Positions 49,873 through 60,352 of a DNA stretch of 64,000 nucleotides are shown piece by piece. The notes beneath the pieces were generated by a model, which saw nothing but the letters and a program-made list of their open reading frames with translations, ran no database searches and was not told the DNA's origin. Within the stretch, counting starts at the first letter, position 1; every line of letters begins with the position of its first letter. The DNA is from Bacteroidia bacterium. Its GTDB lineage: Bacteria; Bacteroidota; Bacteroidia; M30B66. The position numbers and the translations under genes are program-made. The stretch is from the NCBI GenBank assembly GCA_040882555.1, contig JBBEBC010000141.1, positions 1,644 through 65,643 on the forward strand, written 5' to 3'.

Positions 49873-50097
49873 CTGAGATTTTTTGTCTGAAACGCCTACA
49901 ATTAATTCAATTTTTTGCTTCATTCAGAGAGATAAAAAATTTCGTGGAACGATTCCCATTATGAAATTAGCTTCTTTTGTTCAATATAAGCGTTTATGCC
50001 AGTTTTCATGCTGTTCTATGAAGCAAATATCATTTCTACTCTTGAATTATCGCCCAAGAATATCCGCCTTGGGGTCAAATTTCGCCCAAAGTTGAGG

Positions 50098-51126
50098 TTA
50101 TTTCAACTTATTTTCAGTAAAATTTACAAGGAAATCTGTCAAATCAATCATTTCTGCATGTAATTTTTCAACATTTTCAGAATAATTTGTCCAAAAGCCG
50201 TCATTCTCAATCTTCTCGTGAATAAATTCAATCATGCCATCTGGCTTCTTAAGATGAAAGAGTAAACCTCTTGAAACCTCATCTCTAAATACTCCAGCAT
50301 CCAATGAATTTATCAAAAATGCAGGTGTTCCTAGAATACATGCTTCGTTCGACATCGTGCCACTTTCTCCCACAAAGCACTGAGCAGCAGCTAGTATATA
50401 ATGAATATTTTCAGGTGAAATAGTTAAACGATATTCAGCGAATTCCTCATTTAACTCCGACTCCGATGAGATGAAAACCTTGAAGCCCTTGCCAGTAAAT
50501 GACTTAATTAAATCCATTTTCATTGAATTCGGAATTCCAGAATGTCCTCTATCGTGCGCAGCACTCCATGAAATAAAACGGAGTAGCACGAATTTCTCAT
50601 CCGGCTGCAAGCCTAATAATGAATAAGCAAAATCTTTATCCGGTTTAAAAATATCCCTATGCAAATAGGCAAATTCAGCATAGAAAGGCTTCCTCAATTG
50701 CTTCTCGCCAAGATCTGTTAGATAGCATTCGGGCGTTAAAACAGTTTTGGTAAAAGGTAAATAAAATGACCTTGAAGATTTCGCATGCTCTGTATCATCA
50801 AGTGCTAAATGGGGTTTTCGATATAGAAACGATGCCTGTGCAGCGTAAGGAGACGCAAATGACAAAAACAGATCAGGCTTAAATTTCAGAGCGTGACGAA
50901 GTATAAACCAATCTGCGTAAAGCATATACAGCATTTTGCCGGTAATAGAACCTTTACCTTTTCCACGTGATTTATATGGAATTTTATATGCATTTAGCAA
51001 TGCGAAGCAAACTTCTTTATCTCTTGATGTGATGAGAATCTCATGTCCTCTTTCAAGCATTTTAAAGTAAAAATTCCTGAAATAGTGCACATGAGCTGGG
51101 TGACCGATATCTATGAGAATTTTCAT
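50098..51126 (-). CDS. DUF354 family protein (GT-B-like, common in nonulosonic/amino-sugar loci)
   Basis: The N-terminus MKILIDIGHPAHVHYFRNF matches the DUF354 start (MKIwIDI.n.PHVhFF). Confidence 0.55.
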   Translation of the reverse strand: MKILIDIGHPAHVHYFRNFYFKMLERGHEILITSRDKEVCFALLNAYKIPYKSRGKGKGSITGKMLYMLYADWFILRHALKFKPDLFLSFASPYAAQASFLYRKPHLALDDTEHAKSSRSFYLPFTKTVLTPECYLTDLGEKQLRKPFYAEFAYLHRDIFKPDKDFAYSLLGLQPDEKFVLLRFISWSAAHDRGHSGIPNSMKMDLIKSFTGKGFKVFISSESELNEEFAEYRLTISPENIHYILAAAQCFVGESGTMSNEACILGTPAFLINSLDAGVFRDEVSRGLLFHLKKPDGMIEFIHEKIENDGFWTNYSENVEKLHAEMIDLTDFLVNFTENKLK

Positions 51127-51902
51127 CAGCCGAAAATGCTTTTAATTTCTTGCTCATTCGGATAATTTATCAAGACGGCATTTCGGGGACCATGATAAAC
51201 GAATCGCGAACCGGCTGCAACGGCAGAGGCGTAGCATTCATTCACAGCTTTATTAAAATGATCGAAATTTCCTGCACCACCGTTGGCAATTACTGGAATT
51301 GTAACAGCGTGAGAAATATTCTTAATAAGCTCGAAATCATAGCCTTGCATCGTGCCTTCCATCTCGATTGAAGTCACAAAAAGCTCACCTGCTCCTTCTG
51401 ATTCCATTTGCTTGGCATACGAAACAGGATCTAACCCAGTAGCAAGCTTCCCACCCTTAATGTACACCTGCTGTTTGCCTAGAAACTTCTTTTTTACGTC
51501 AATAGAAACGGCAATTGTTGAACTTCCGAAAGCCTTGGCAGCTTCCTGAACAAAACCTTTTTTTTCAGCTGCCGCTGAGTTTAAAACAACCCGTTCTGCC
51601 CCAGCTTTGAGAATTTGTTCAATTTGAGAAATTGTAGAAATCCCGCCACCAGCGGCAAATGGCATTCTTGCTTCATCTCCAACAGCCTTCACAAAATCTG
51701 CAGAAATAGGTCTGCCTTCGGCATGAGCCATAATGTCGAGAAATACCAATTCATCGGCCTTCATATCGTTGAAGAGCTTCACGGCATTGATTGGGTCTCC
51801 GATATATCTTGGATTTTTAAATTGAATAGTTTTAACTAATCCTAGATTTTTAAGAAGTAATACGGGAATAATTCTAGGTCTAAACACGCTTAAATAGGGC
51901 AA
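51126..51902 (-). CDS. imidazole glycerol phosphate synthase cyclase subunit HisF-like (WbuZ-type, polysaccharide-associated)
   Basis: (beta/alpha)8 HisF blocks: RIIPVLLLK, VDELVFLDI, VSIDV, PVIANGGAG. Confidence 0.8.
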   Translation of the reverse strand: MPYLSVFRPRIIPVLLLKNLGLVKTIQFKNPRYIGDPINAVKLFNDMKADELVFLDIMAHAEGRPISADFVKAVGDEARMPFAAGGGISTISQIEQILKAGAERVVLNSAAAEKKGFVQEAAKAFGSSTIAVSIDVKKKFLGKQQVYIKGGKLATGLDPVSYAKQMESEGAGELFVTSIEMEGTMQGYDFELIKNISHAVTIPVIANGGAGNFDHFNKAVNECYASAVAAGSRFVYHGPRNAVLINYPNEQEIKSIFG

Positions 51903-52518
51903 ATTTATTTATTAAATCATTGGCAGCTTCGTGGCTTTTTTCAGGATGAAATTGCACACCGATAATGTGATCTCTGCCAGCAATAGAATGAAAATCATAT
52001 TCATAATTGGTGACTCCAAGAATTTCGGCTTCAATGCGACAAACCAAATGATACGAATGCACGAAGTAATAGAGGTTTTCGGGATTTAAGTCTTTGGTAA
52101 AAGCATTTGTTTTACTTGCTATTGCACTATTCCAGCCGATATGTGGAACTTTGAATTTTAGCTTATCCTTCACATCAAAATGCACCACTTCTGCATCAAG
52201 CCAACCGAAACCTTCTACATCACCTTCTTCACTGTGTTTTGCCATAAGCTGTAAGCCAAGACAAATTCCTAAAACAGGTGTCTTTTGATCAATCACCTTT
52301 TCATTTACAGCATCCCACAAACCTCTCGATTTCAAGTTTTTTACCCCATTGGCGAAATGACCAACACCAGGCAAAACTAGCTTTTCAGCCTTCATGACAG
52401 CTTCGTAATTATCAACCGATTCGGCCTGGTAACCTAGCTCCAAAAACTTTCGCTGAACAGAACGAATATTCCCCATTCCGTAATCAACAATCGTAATCTT
52501 TTCGCCGGTATTATTCAT
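51880..52518 (-). CDS. glutamine amidotransferase HisH-like (WbuY-type)
   Basis: KITIVDYGMGNIRSV...GVGHF...GICLGLQLM...H.E., the class I GATase triad context. Confidence 0.8.
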   Translation of the reverse strand: MNNTGEKITIVDYGMGNIRSVQRKFLELGYQAESVDNYEAVMKAEKLVLPGVGHFANGVKNLKSRGLWDAVNEKVIDQKTPVLGICLGLQLMAKHSEEGDVEGFGWLDAEVVHFDVKDKLKFKVPHIGWNSAIASKTNAFTKDLNPENLYYFVHSYHLVCRIEAEILGVTNYEYDFHSIAGRDHIIGVQFHPEKSHEAANDLINKFALFKRV

Positions 52519-52638
52519 ATTTACTCAATGCTTCGTAGGTTGATCCAAATTTTCGAGAGCAAAATAAGTCAATTATAAGTTCTCGAGATACATTAAACCT
52601 ATTCTAAAAGATGAAATGAAATCTGGACTACTTAACGA

Positions 52639-53778
52639 TTACTTCCTATTTTCAAGTTCGTAAAACAACTTGGGTTTAGTCTTTAGAACAAGGCGTGCAA
52701 GCACTTTGATGGGTCCAGCAAAGCGATGAATCATATCGAAATAGGAAGGATAATCTCTAAATGTTTTACTAGGCATTTCCCAAGCCTGCTTGAATTCTGT
52801 TTCGCTTAAGCCCAGTTTTTTCAAAACGTAAGCTGTTTCCGAACCAATAGATTCAGCTTTATAAGGTTGATGTGATACAATTTGCAAGGCTTCTTCTCTA
52901 TTTAAAGTTCCATTGAGCACTTGAGCCGAATAGGTGATGATTCGCTTGTCGATATTGAACTTTTCGTACATCCAATAACTTATCACCCATTTGGTAAATA
53001 GGTTCTCGTGGTGATGCTCTCCGTAATATTTCCAGTCGTAATTTTTTTCAAGAAACTCCTGAGCAGCTTTTTTATCGTATGCTATATAATTGAACGGAGA
53101 AATAAGTCTGATTTTCCTGATGTATGCCGCCCAGATTGTCTTTAGTAGCATATTTTCGGGATACGTTTTACGCTTTACCTTCCCAAAAGTCTTATGCACA
53201 AAAGAAAGCTGCTTGTAATCGCCGTAAGTCCATTCAGATGGCTGTTTCCCCTCTGAGCGAAAATCGGTTCCAATAATCACAGTTTTTACGCCTTCCTTCC
53301 GCGCATATGTATAAAGTATCGCTTTAATTGCCTGATCGGTAGGGTTGTCTAGCCAAGGCAAACCGGCTAATAAATAGGATCTGAGGATGTCTTTCATTTC
53401 CTCATAATCAATCACATAGGTTTCAAGGTCAATGTTAAGCTGACTCGTCATCTTATGGATATTCCTAACAGCAATATCTGAATTCCAGCCATTATCGAGG
53501 TTCACTGCTAGAGGTCTGAGTCCCCATTTTTTGGCAAGATGAAGTAGATATGAGCTATCTGTGCCACCAGAAATGCCAATAATGCAATCGTATTTTTTGC
53601 CTACGGCCGATGACTTTATGTTTTCAATTATTTTATCCCATTCTTTTGTACCGCCTTCTCCCAAAGGAAAATCATTCATTAAAGCCTCTTGTATTCTGGC
53701 ATAATTAGATACCCCTGATTCATCTAAAGTGAAACCTGGTAGAGTTTCATTCCAGATGCCTAGTTTACATTCCTTCAA
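52639..53778 (-). CDS. N-acetyl sugar amidotransferase (second paralog; PP-loop)
   Basis: The PP-loop IIGISGGTDSSY. It aligns closely with 40659-41816 (YDC(V/I)IG(V/I)SGG(V/T)DSSY...GLRPLAV(H/N)LDNGWNS...). Confidence 0.75.
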   Translation of the reverse strand: MKECKLGIWNETLPGFTLDESGVSNYARIQEALMNDFPLGEGGTKEWDKIIENIKSSAVGKKYDCIIGISGGTDSSYLLHLAKKWGLRPLAVNLDNGWNSDIAVRNIHKMTSQLNIDLETYVIDYEEMKDILRSYLLAGLPWLDNPTDQAIKAILYTYARKEGVKTVIIGTDFRSEGKQPSEWTYGDYKQLSFVHKTFGKVKRKTYPENMLLKTIWAAYIRKIRLISPFNYIAYDKKAAQEFLEKNYDWKYYGEHHHENLFTKWVISYWMYEKFNIDKRIITYSAQVLNGTLNREEALQIVSHQPYKAESIGSETAYVLKKLGLSETEFKQAWEMPSKTFRDYPSYFDMIHRFAGPIKVLARLVLKTKPKLFYELENRK

Positions 53779-54716
53779 CTTGCTTTTTTCTTGTTTTCGC
53801 GGTAAATAGCTAAGATCTTTTCGGCAATCATTCCTTGTTCATAGTTTAACATGCGTGAACGACCGTTCGATTTAGATTCATCAATCAGTTTTGCAATCTT
53901 TTCACAAAGAATTTGGGCATCAAATGTAGTGATTTCGCAGTTCACCGATTCTCCAAAGAGCTCGAGAACATCTCCCACGTTAGTGGAAACAATTGGTCTA
54001 TTACAAGCCATTGCTTCTTTAATAAATTGAGGCGAACCTTCAGTGAAAGAGCATAAAACACAGACGTTTGCTGCGTTCATATATAGTGGGACTTCCTCGC
54101 GAGAAATATTTTTTAATTCCAGCACTTCAGGAGCTTCGCCTTTCCAGAGTTTCAGAGTCTCAGAGAGCAAAGGATAGTTTTTTACAGGATTATTGAACGC
54201 AGATGAAAACAGGATGTATTTTTTCGAAGTTTCAAGTCCAAGTTTATCTCTACATTCCTTCATCTGCAAGGGTTTGAATAAACTAAGATCAACGCCGCAG
54301 GGAATTACCGCAGGATTTCCTTTGAAAATAGATTTTTCAAGCAACTGCTCACTAACGTAGATTGATTTTTTTGAGAATATCGCCGCAACGGCGGAAGGCA
54401 ATCTGACCTTACTCAAGTTTATATCAGAACCATGAAAAGTGGAAATGACTTTCTCTCTAAATTGAAGAATAGATAAAAAAGCAGGTAAGCCACCATGAGC
54501 ATGAATTATATCGCAGGGTGACTGCTTTTGTTGTTTTAGCAAATCTCGCCAAGCTCTAAAATATCCTGTTAATCCGCCTTTTTTTATGTAGAAATATTCG
54601 AATTCGAGCGATTTATCTAGTTGTTTCAAAGCCTCAATTTGATCATAGATAAATGCCTGATGAAGTCTGAAATTAAAGTCAGGCATGGTTCCGCTACAAA
54701 CTATTCGAATTCTCAT
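53775..54716 (-). CDS. glycosyltransferase (GT-B, group 1)
   Basis: 313 aa with C-terminal E..E...G-type GT1 motifs (CSFTEGSPQFIKEAMACNRPIVSTNVGD). Confidence 0.6.
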   Translation of the reverse strand: MRIRIVCSGTMPDFNFRLHQAFIYDQIEALKQLDKSLEFEYFYIKKGGLTGYFRAWRDLLKQQKQSPCDIIHAHGGLPAFLSILQFREKVISTFHGSDINLSKVRLPSAVAAIFSKKSIYVSEQLLEKSIFKGNPAVIPCGVDLSLFKPLQMKECRDKLGLETSKKYILFSSAFNNPVKNYPLLSETLKLWKGEAPEVLELKNISREEVPLYMNAANVCVLCSFTEGSPQFIKEAMACNRPIVSTNVGDVLELFGESVNCEITTFDAQILCEKIAKLIDESKSNGRSRMLNYEQGMIAEKILAIYRENKKKAS

Positions 54717-54718
54717 TT

Positions 54719-55888
54719 TTAATTAAAATATAAATTCAAATAATCTCTAATGATGGTACCCTCGCCATAAGTGATACGCCCTTGCTTAGCAGCATGCTTG
54801 CGATCTTCATCGACTAAATCGTCAATATCAACCGAATTAATTTCAGTGGCGTTTTCGAGGATCAACCCAGAACCACTCTGATTAACATATTGAACAATTT
54901 CTTCAACAGATGTATCACTAATAACAGGTAGTCCAGAGCAAACGTATTCGCAAAATTTTACAGGACAAGCGACTTCGTTTACAATATTTTTTTCTCTAAA
55001 AATAATGGCAGCATCTGCTGCATTTAAATAATCAGGAACTTCTGAATAAGGAATGAATTTATTGATGATTCCTCCCTCGTTGATTACCTCTTTGCTTAAA
55101 TTTAAAATGGTCCATTTATCAGATAAAAGCAACATTAATCCTTGGGTATTTTGCCAGCCGGCATTTCCCCCAGAACTAAATACGAGCAGTTTTTCGCCAT
55201 GCTTAACATGTAGAGCATTTCTAATGCGTTTTCTGTTTTCCTCATTAAAAGTGAAATGCTCACCTGCCAAACAATGAACCACATGTATTCTTGAATTTGG
55301 AATTTGGGCATTTAGGAGTATGTATCTTTTAAGGGCATCAGATACGACACTAATCTTCGGAAATTTCTTTAGCCTTTCAAAGGCTTTTCTATAGTTTTGT
55401 TTTTTTAAGAGCACTTTCCAGAAAGGTGCTTTTAAATAAAGAGAGAGTTCTTCGCGTCCCGCACCTCTAATATCAACAACAACATTATCTAGTGAATAAA
55501 AAACATGCATTATAGGCTTTAATGCAGTTGATGCTAGCAACTCTCCTCGTATATGAATATGCGATTCTTTAGGAGCCTTAGCCTGTTTAAAAGCATCCAG
55601 AATAGCTCTCTGTTGAAACCCATTATAAAAAGGATAATTAGGATAGGATTTAAAAAAAACAACTTCAATATCTAAACTAATTAGCGCCTTCGACACACGT
55701 TCTTGCTCGAATTGGTTTTTGACGCCACAGAGGTGTATAATCCTGTCAAAAGCAGCAGTTTCGCTTATTGATTTTAGCAAATAAGCCACCTGGGAATCAA
55801 ACACAGAACCAATGTCTGCATTTAAGTATATAAGTGTCAAATTTCTATTTGAAAAGCTGCGCTCTTCCTTTTTTTCCGAGGTATCCAT
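54719..55888 (-). CDS. glycosyltransferase (GT-B, group 1-like)
   Basis: 389 aa with a GT-B pattern (…LVFSSGGNAGWQNTQ…ADAAIIF…CPVKFCEYVCSGLPVI). Confidence 0.5.
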   Translation of the reverse strand: MDTSEKKEERSFSNRNLTLIYLNADIGSVFDSQVAYLLKSISETAAFDRIIHLCGVKNQFEQERVSKALISLDIEVVFFKSYPNYPFYNGFQQRAILDAFKQAKAPKESHIHIRGELLASTALKPIMHVFYSLDNVVVDIRGAGREELSLYLKAPFWKVLLKKQNYRKAFERLKKFPKISVVSDALKRYILLNAQIPNSRIHVVHCLAGEHFTFNEENRKRIRNALHVKHGEKLLVFSSGGNAGWQNTQGLMLLLSDKWTILNLSKEVINEGGIINKFIPYSEVPDYLNAADAAIIFREKNIVNEVACPVKFCEYVCSGLPVISDTSVEEIVQYVNQSGSGLILENATEINSVDIDDLVDEDRKHAAKQGRITYGEGTIIRDYLNLYFN

Positions 55889-56750
55889 GAAACAAACCTA
55901 GATAATAGTAATAAAGCAGTCTGAAACCGGCTGTTCTGTAGCAGAATCTAGCAATAATAGGAAATTTCAATGAATAGATAATCATCGCTTTAAAAAGAGA
56001 AAAGGGCTGATTGTATTTTCTCCAGTAAAGAATCTTATTTCTCATCATGTAGTAATACATGCGATAATAGGATAAAGCATTTTTATTTGACCAGTCGTGA
56101 TGATGAATGCAAACGGCAGAAAACACTATGCAAACCTTGTTTCCTCCTTGATTAATCCTCCTCATTAAGTCAATCTCATCATTATACATGAAATATTCTT
56201 CAGCAAATAAGTTTTCAGCCAAAACTCTTTCCGCCCTAATAAGCACAGATCCTCCATTTATTAAATCAACCTCTTGAAATGCATTTTTAGGAAGTTCAAC
56301 CTTATCAATATCAACGAAAAGCGCAGTTTTATCCTGCGTTTTGAAATCCACTTTAGCTCCTGCAAACTGAACTTTCCCGCCCTCATCATATAAAAGAACC
56401 GGACCCACAGCTTCAATACTTGAATCCGAATTCAAGCAATTTATCAAATGAAAGAGGCATTCTTTTTCTGGTTCCATATCCGGATTTAGAATCCAGATGA
56501 GTTCGCATCCTTCATCAAAAGCAAGCTTGGCAAGTTGATTATTTCCTCCAGCAAAGCCATTATTATCAGTCGATCTACAATAAATAGCCTTGGGAAAAAG
56601 CTTCAGAAATGCATCAACATGAATAAAACTACTGCTGTTATCTGTAAAATAGACCTGCACATTTACCTTAGTCAACTCTGATAAGGCCTTCGATAGCCTT
56701 TCCAGATGTTTCACATCGTCATAAAATACTATGCAAATCCCTATTTTCAT
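55845..56750 (-). CDS. glycosyltransferase family 2
   Basis: MKIGICIVFYDDVKHLERL...DNSS...DxD-like NPDME region. Confidence 0.65.
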   Translation of the reverse strand: MKIGICIVFYDDVKHLERLSKALSELTKVNVQVYFTDNSSSFIHVDAFLKLFPKAIYCRSTDNNGFAGGNNQLAKLAFDEGCELIWILNPDMEPEKECLFHLINCLNSDSSIEAVGPVLLYDEGGKVQFAGAKVDFKTQDKTALFVDIDKVELPKNAFQEVDLINGGSVLIRAERVLAENLFAEEYFMYNDEIDLMRRINQGGNKVCIVFSAVCIHHHDWSNKNALSYYRMYYYMMRNKILYWRKYNQPFSLFKAMIIYSLKFPIIARFCYRTAGFRLLYYYYLGLFHGYLGKKGRAQLFK

Positions 56751-58177
56751 GAATCACATGATACTTTATAAAGCGTTATGGAATAACCTTCAATTTGCTG
56801 AAATGTAGCGCTGGGACAAATTTCCTTTATTTTTTTAATTCCTATTCCTTTGGCTTTAGCTCCTTGTTTTGCAGTAAATTTTGAGAATAATTCCTTGACA
56901 TAATCATCGGGTAAAGACACGCCACTTTCAATGAGATAAACTGGTTTACCGCTATAAATCAAAGCTTTATAATCGGGCAATTCATAGTTAGCTAAATTAT
57001 CGGTCAGGTCTTCTTGATAACCTGAGTAAACAGAAACTCCTTGCAAACGATTGGCATACAGAACATTGAAGGGTTTAGTAGCCTTGTACATGAAAACTAG
57101 AGCGTCGTCTTCAATGGCAGAATCATCTTGCATTTGAGAATACATTTCACTTAATGACCTATGATAGCCTCGTTCTTGAAGCACAATAAAACTATTCAAC
57201 CCAACAAAAAATCCCAATAGCAAAGCAAAATACAGTCTGTTATATTGGTATACCCGATAAATTACTAATCCGCAAGCCATTGCTAATATTGGATAGAGTG
57301 TCATTTGATAAGCACCATATCTATTTTCCGGAATTGCTGCCGGCAAGTGTATGATGAATGTTGCAATCAGAATATACCAAAGTCTTTTTTCCGATGTGCG
57401 ACATGTAAAAAGAAATACAACAAGCAGTGGTAGAAACACATGAAATGCCCTCAGGTAACCATAAACCCAAATACTTAAAACTCTCAATGGATTTGTCAAG
57501 CTTAGAGTTTTAGCGTAATAATTATACACCAAACTGTAAGACCAATTTCCTTCAATTGTTTCCTTATAAGTGAATAGGCTAACAGCACCCACCACTAGGA
57601 TAAAACCAGCCATGCTTTTTAAGATGACACCCGGATTTAATTTTACTTCTTTGATGAAAATCAGTGGTAGGCTAAAGATGGCAAAAGGACTTGTTAGAAT
57701 AGCCAATCCTAAAACCATAGCTCCAATAAATTGCTTGCCATGAAGCCAAAATGCGATTCCAATTAAGCTTAAGGCAGGAATTAAAACATGGTATTCGTTC
57801 TGCACGGAAAATCTCCAGATGTTGGAATTTATGCCATAAATAATGGCTATGATTAATGCCAGATTTGAATTGCTTTTCCAGATCATTACAATTCTGTACA
57901 AAGCCACAATTCCGGCAACAGAGATTAAACTGAGCATGAATTGTGTTGAAATTACGGCATTTGAAATTCCAATTAATTTGAAGAATGCAAAGCTTAAAAT
58001 TGCCAGAAAATGAAATCCAAAATGAGAACTTCTGTCGAGCAAGTTCATCGCAGTAATCTGTTCAATATTGGTCAAAGAATCATTGCTTATGGTTACTCCA
58101 AAACCACTTAATAAGTATACCGGCAGGAATACCAGAACCAGTAATATCGCTGGATTTATATCTTTAAATTTTTCCAT
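56747..58177 (-). CDS. polytopic membrane protein, putative GT-C-type glycosyltransferase or O-antigen polymerase
   Basis: About 10 TM helices in the N-terminal 330 aa plus a ~140-aa soluble C-terminus. The family is not recognised. Confidence 0.4.
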   Translation of the reverse strand: MEKFKDINPAILLVLVFLPVYLLSGFGVTISNDSLTNIEQITAMNLLDRSSHFGFHFLAILSFAFFKLIGISNAVISTQFMLSLISVAGIVALYRIVMIWKSNSNLALIIAIIYGINSNIWRFSVQNEYHVLIPALSLIGIAFWLHGKQFIGAMVLGLAILTSPFAIFSLPLIFIKEVKLNPGVILKSMAGFILVVGAVSLFTYKETIEGNWSYSLVYNYYAKTLSLTNPLRVLSIWVYGYLRAFHVFLPLLVVFLFTCRTSEKRLWYILIATFIIHLPAAIPENRYGAYQMTLYPILAMACGLVIYRVYQYNRLYFALLLGFFVGLNSFIVLQERGYHRSLSEMYSQMQDDSAIEDDALVFMYKATKPFNVLYANRLQGVSVYSGYQEDLTDNLANYELPDYKALIYSGKPVYLIESGVSLPDDYVKELFSKFTAKQGAKAKGIGIKKIKEICPSATFQQIEGYSITLYKVSCDS

Positions 58178-59393
58178 CCTTTGGGTAAAGCAATGAATAA
58201 TAGTAATCTGAAGCTCTTTCTACACTGAAATTTTCGCGAACATAATCATAAGCAAAAGCAGCTTTTGATTGAACGAGTTCAGGGTTTTGAATGCAAAATT
58301 CCATTGCTTGAATCAGTTCTTCTTCATTATTCTGTATCAACCAGCCATTTTGCTCACTAACAAAAAGTCGAGTATCGCCTACGTCGGATGCTATTACTGC
58401 ATTTCCGCAAGCCATAGCTTCAAGAACTGATTGACTAGGGTAATTGTTTTCCTTCTGAAGGCTCACAAAAACAGAAGTGTTTTTGAAAATAATACATGGA
58501 TTTTTCACGTAACCGTGGATGATAATATTATCCAACCGATAGGTCGATAATAAAGTGTTTATTTTCTCCGTAAGCCTTCCTTTTCCAAGGATGTGGAATT
58601 TTATTTGTGGATATTTTTCTCCAAGTTTGATGGCTGCTTGAATAAATAATAATGGGTTTTTATCCTCCTCTAATCGACCAGAAAAAACAAATTCTAATTC
58701 CGCTTTTTCACCCGAAACACATGTTGAATAATCAATAAAAGAGCAAGCTGTAATAGAATACGATTGCTTTAATGGAAGGTAGTTCTTTGCTTTTAGTCCT
58801 TCTAGAATAAACGGACTAAGAATATCAATATGATCAGCTTCTTCGTGAGCCCGGTGAAATAAGGTGTATTGCCTTAAAAATCTTTTTATCGGATTCGTTT
58901 CAAAATGTGAAAACCACGAATCCATGTTACAAAATATGATTCGCTTATTCCTTTTCTGCTTATTGAAATAAAAATACAGCGGCAAAACTCCAGTGTACAC
59001 TGCTAATAATCGATCAATGTCCTTTTCAACTGTAAATTGGTCAATGATTTCGAACTCCTTCTGGGTTCGGTTTTTTGATTTGAAATAGAAATAGAGATCA
59101 AAAATCCAAAAGGATTTAATCCACTTTTTTAATCCAGAACTAGGCTTTAGAGTTTTAATACTATCTGCATTTGTGTCTCCAGAAAGCTTGGTATTTATTT
59201 CACCAATAGCATAAACACCCTTCAAAAACTCAATTCCATAAGTCGCCTCAATCTCAGATTTCATTCTAGGGGTGACAATGAACCAAGCTTTGTCGCCATA
59301 CTTTTGTCGAAAGAAATGATGGAGATTTAGGAACCTTTTTTGGGCTCCTCCAAACATCGTTTCAGAGAGTAGTACAATGGCGAATGAGCTCAT
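58164..59393 (-). CDS. glycosyltransferase family 4
   Basis: The C-terminal EGxP-like block (SQSVLEAMACGNAVIASDVGD) and GRL..KN motifs. Confidence 0.65.
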   Translation of the reverse strand: MSSFAIVLLSETMFGGAQKRFLNLHHFFRQKYGDKAWFIVTPRMKSEIEATYGIEFLKGVYAIGEINTKLSGDTNADSIKTLKPSSGLKKWIKSFWIFDLYFYFKSKNRTQKEFEIIDQFTVEKDIDRLLAVYTGVLPLYFYFNKQKRNKRIIFCNMDSWFSHFETNPIKRFLRQYTLFHRAHEEADHIDILSPFILEGLKAKNYLPLKQSYSITACSFIDYSTCVSGEKAELEFVFSGRLEEDKNPLLFIQAAIKLGEKYPQIKFHILGKGRLTEKINTLLSTYRLDNIIIHGYVKNPCIIFKNTSVFVSLQKENNYPSQSVLEAMACGNAVIASDVGDTRLFVSEQNGWLIQNNEEELIQAMEFCIQNPELVQSKAAFAYDYVRENFSVERASDYYYSLLYPKDGKI

Positions 59394-60352
59394 AATAATT
59401 CTAAGATAAACCCGGCCTGGTCGCCCTTTCTTGAGAGGTTATACTCATTAGCTTTTTTGTCGTATTCCAATAATTGTGTTTCATTAAAAATACTTCTCTC
59501 GCGACTAATTTTTAAGGAATTTGGTTCGAAGAAAGAAATATCAGCTTTGTTTTCTTCGCTGCCTGTAAATTGAAAAGCGGTGCTATCAAAAAATATTTCA
59601 GTTACTATATATCCAAGCGATTTAGCCAACAGGTTAAAACTTTTCAGCGAGTGAACAGAGAAGTGCCTTGGAGCATCAATTTGAACCCAATGCTCTCTGT
59701 ATTGGTAAAAGGCTTCGTTAATGATTGGCATTCTGATAAGTAGTTTGCCGCCTTTGGCCAGCAAGGGCTTCAGACTATTAAGCACCTGATCTTGATCAGG
59801 CATATGCTCAAAAGAATGATGCATCATAATTAGCTTGTATTTGTCATTGTTGCCCAATTCAGAAATTCCACCTTTCATGATAGGAAAGGGTAATTCCACC
59901 TTTATTTCTGGAAGAAAAGGATCCAAGCCTTTGAGCTTAGTAAAGCCATGCTTGTGAAATTCATAGAGAATATCTCCATTTCCGCAGCCAAAATCTAGAA
60001 TCGGGTCACTAAAAGAAATTCCTGTTCTATGTTTCCAATCCAAAATTGTATTAAAAGCCAGAGAATTCCAGATAGGATGGAGGAAGCTATCATAAAGCTT
60101 CGCTCTAGCTGCCCAGAACGCAGCTCTTAATCCTTGAATTTGAATATGAGGTTTATGCTGGGTGTAGTAGCCTTGCTGATAGTACTTTTCAATATTTACG
60201 GGAAGTTCTATGAGTTCAAAATACTCGCAGTTTCTACAAAATCGATATAAATGCACTTCGCGCCATCCATTGCGCATTTCCTTTACCGGAATGGCTTCTG
60301 TTTCCGAGCTTATGCAGATGGAGCAGTTGTTATTTTCGCTTGCTTCAGTCAT
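59390..60352 (-). CDS. class I SAM-dependent methyltransferase with N-terminal Cys4 zinc-ribbon
   Basis: CSIC...CRNCEY (4 Cys), then LDFGCGNGD motif I. Confidence 0.7.
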   Translation of the reverse strand: MTEASENNNCSICISSETEAIPVKEMRNGWREVHLYRFCRNCEYFELIELPVNIEKYYQQGYYTQHKPHIQIQGLRAAFWAARAKLYDSFLHPIWNSLAFNTILDWKHRTGISFSDPILDFGCGNGDILYEFHKHGFTKLKGLDPFLPEIKVELPFPIMKGGISELGNNDKYKLIMMHHSFEHMPDQDQVLNSLKPLLAKGGKLLIRMPIINEAFYQYREHWVQIDAPRHFSVHSLKSFNLLAKSLGYIVTEIFFDSTAFQFTGSEENKADISFFEPNSLKISRERSIFNETQLLEYDKKANEYNLSRKGDQAGFILELL

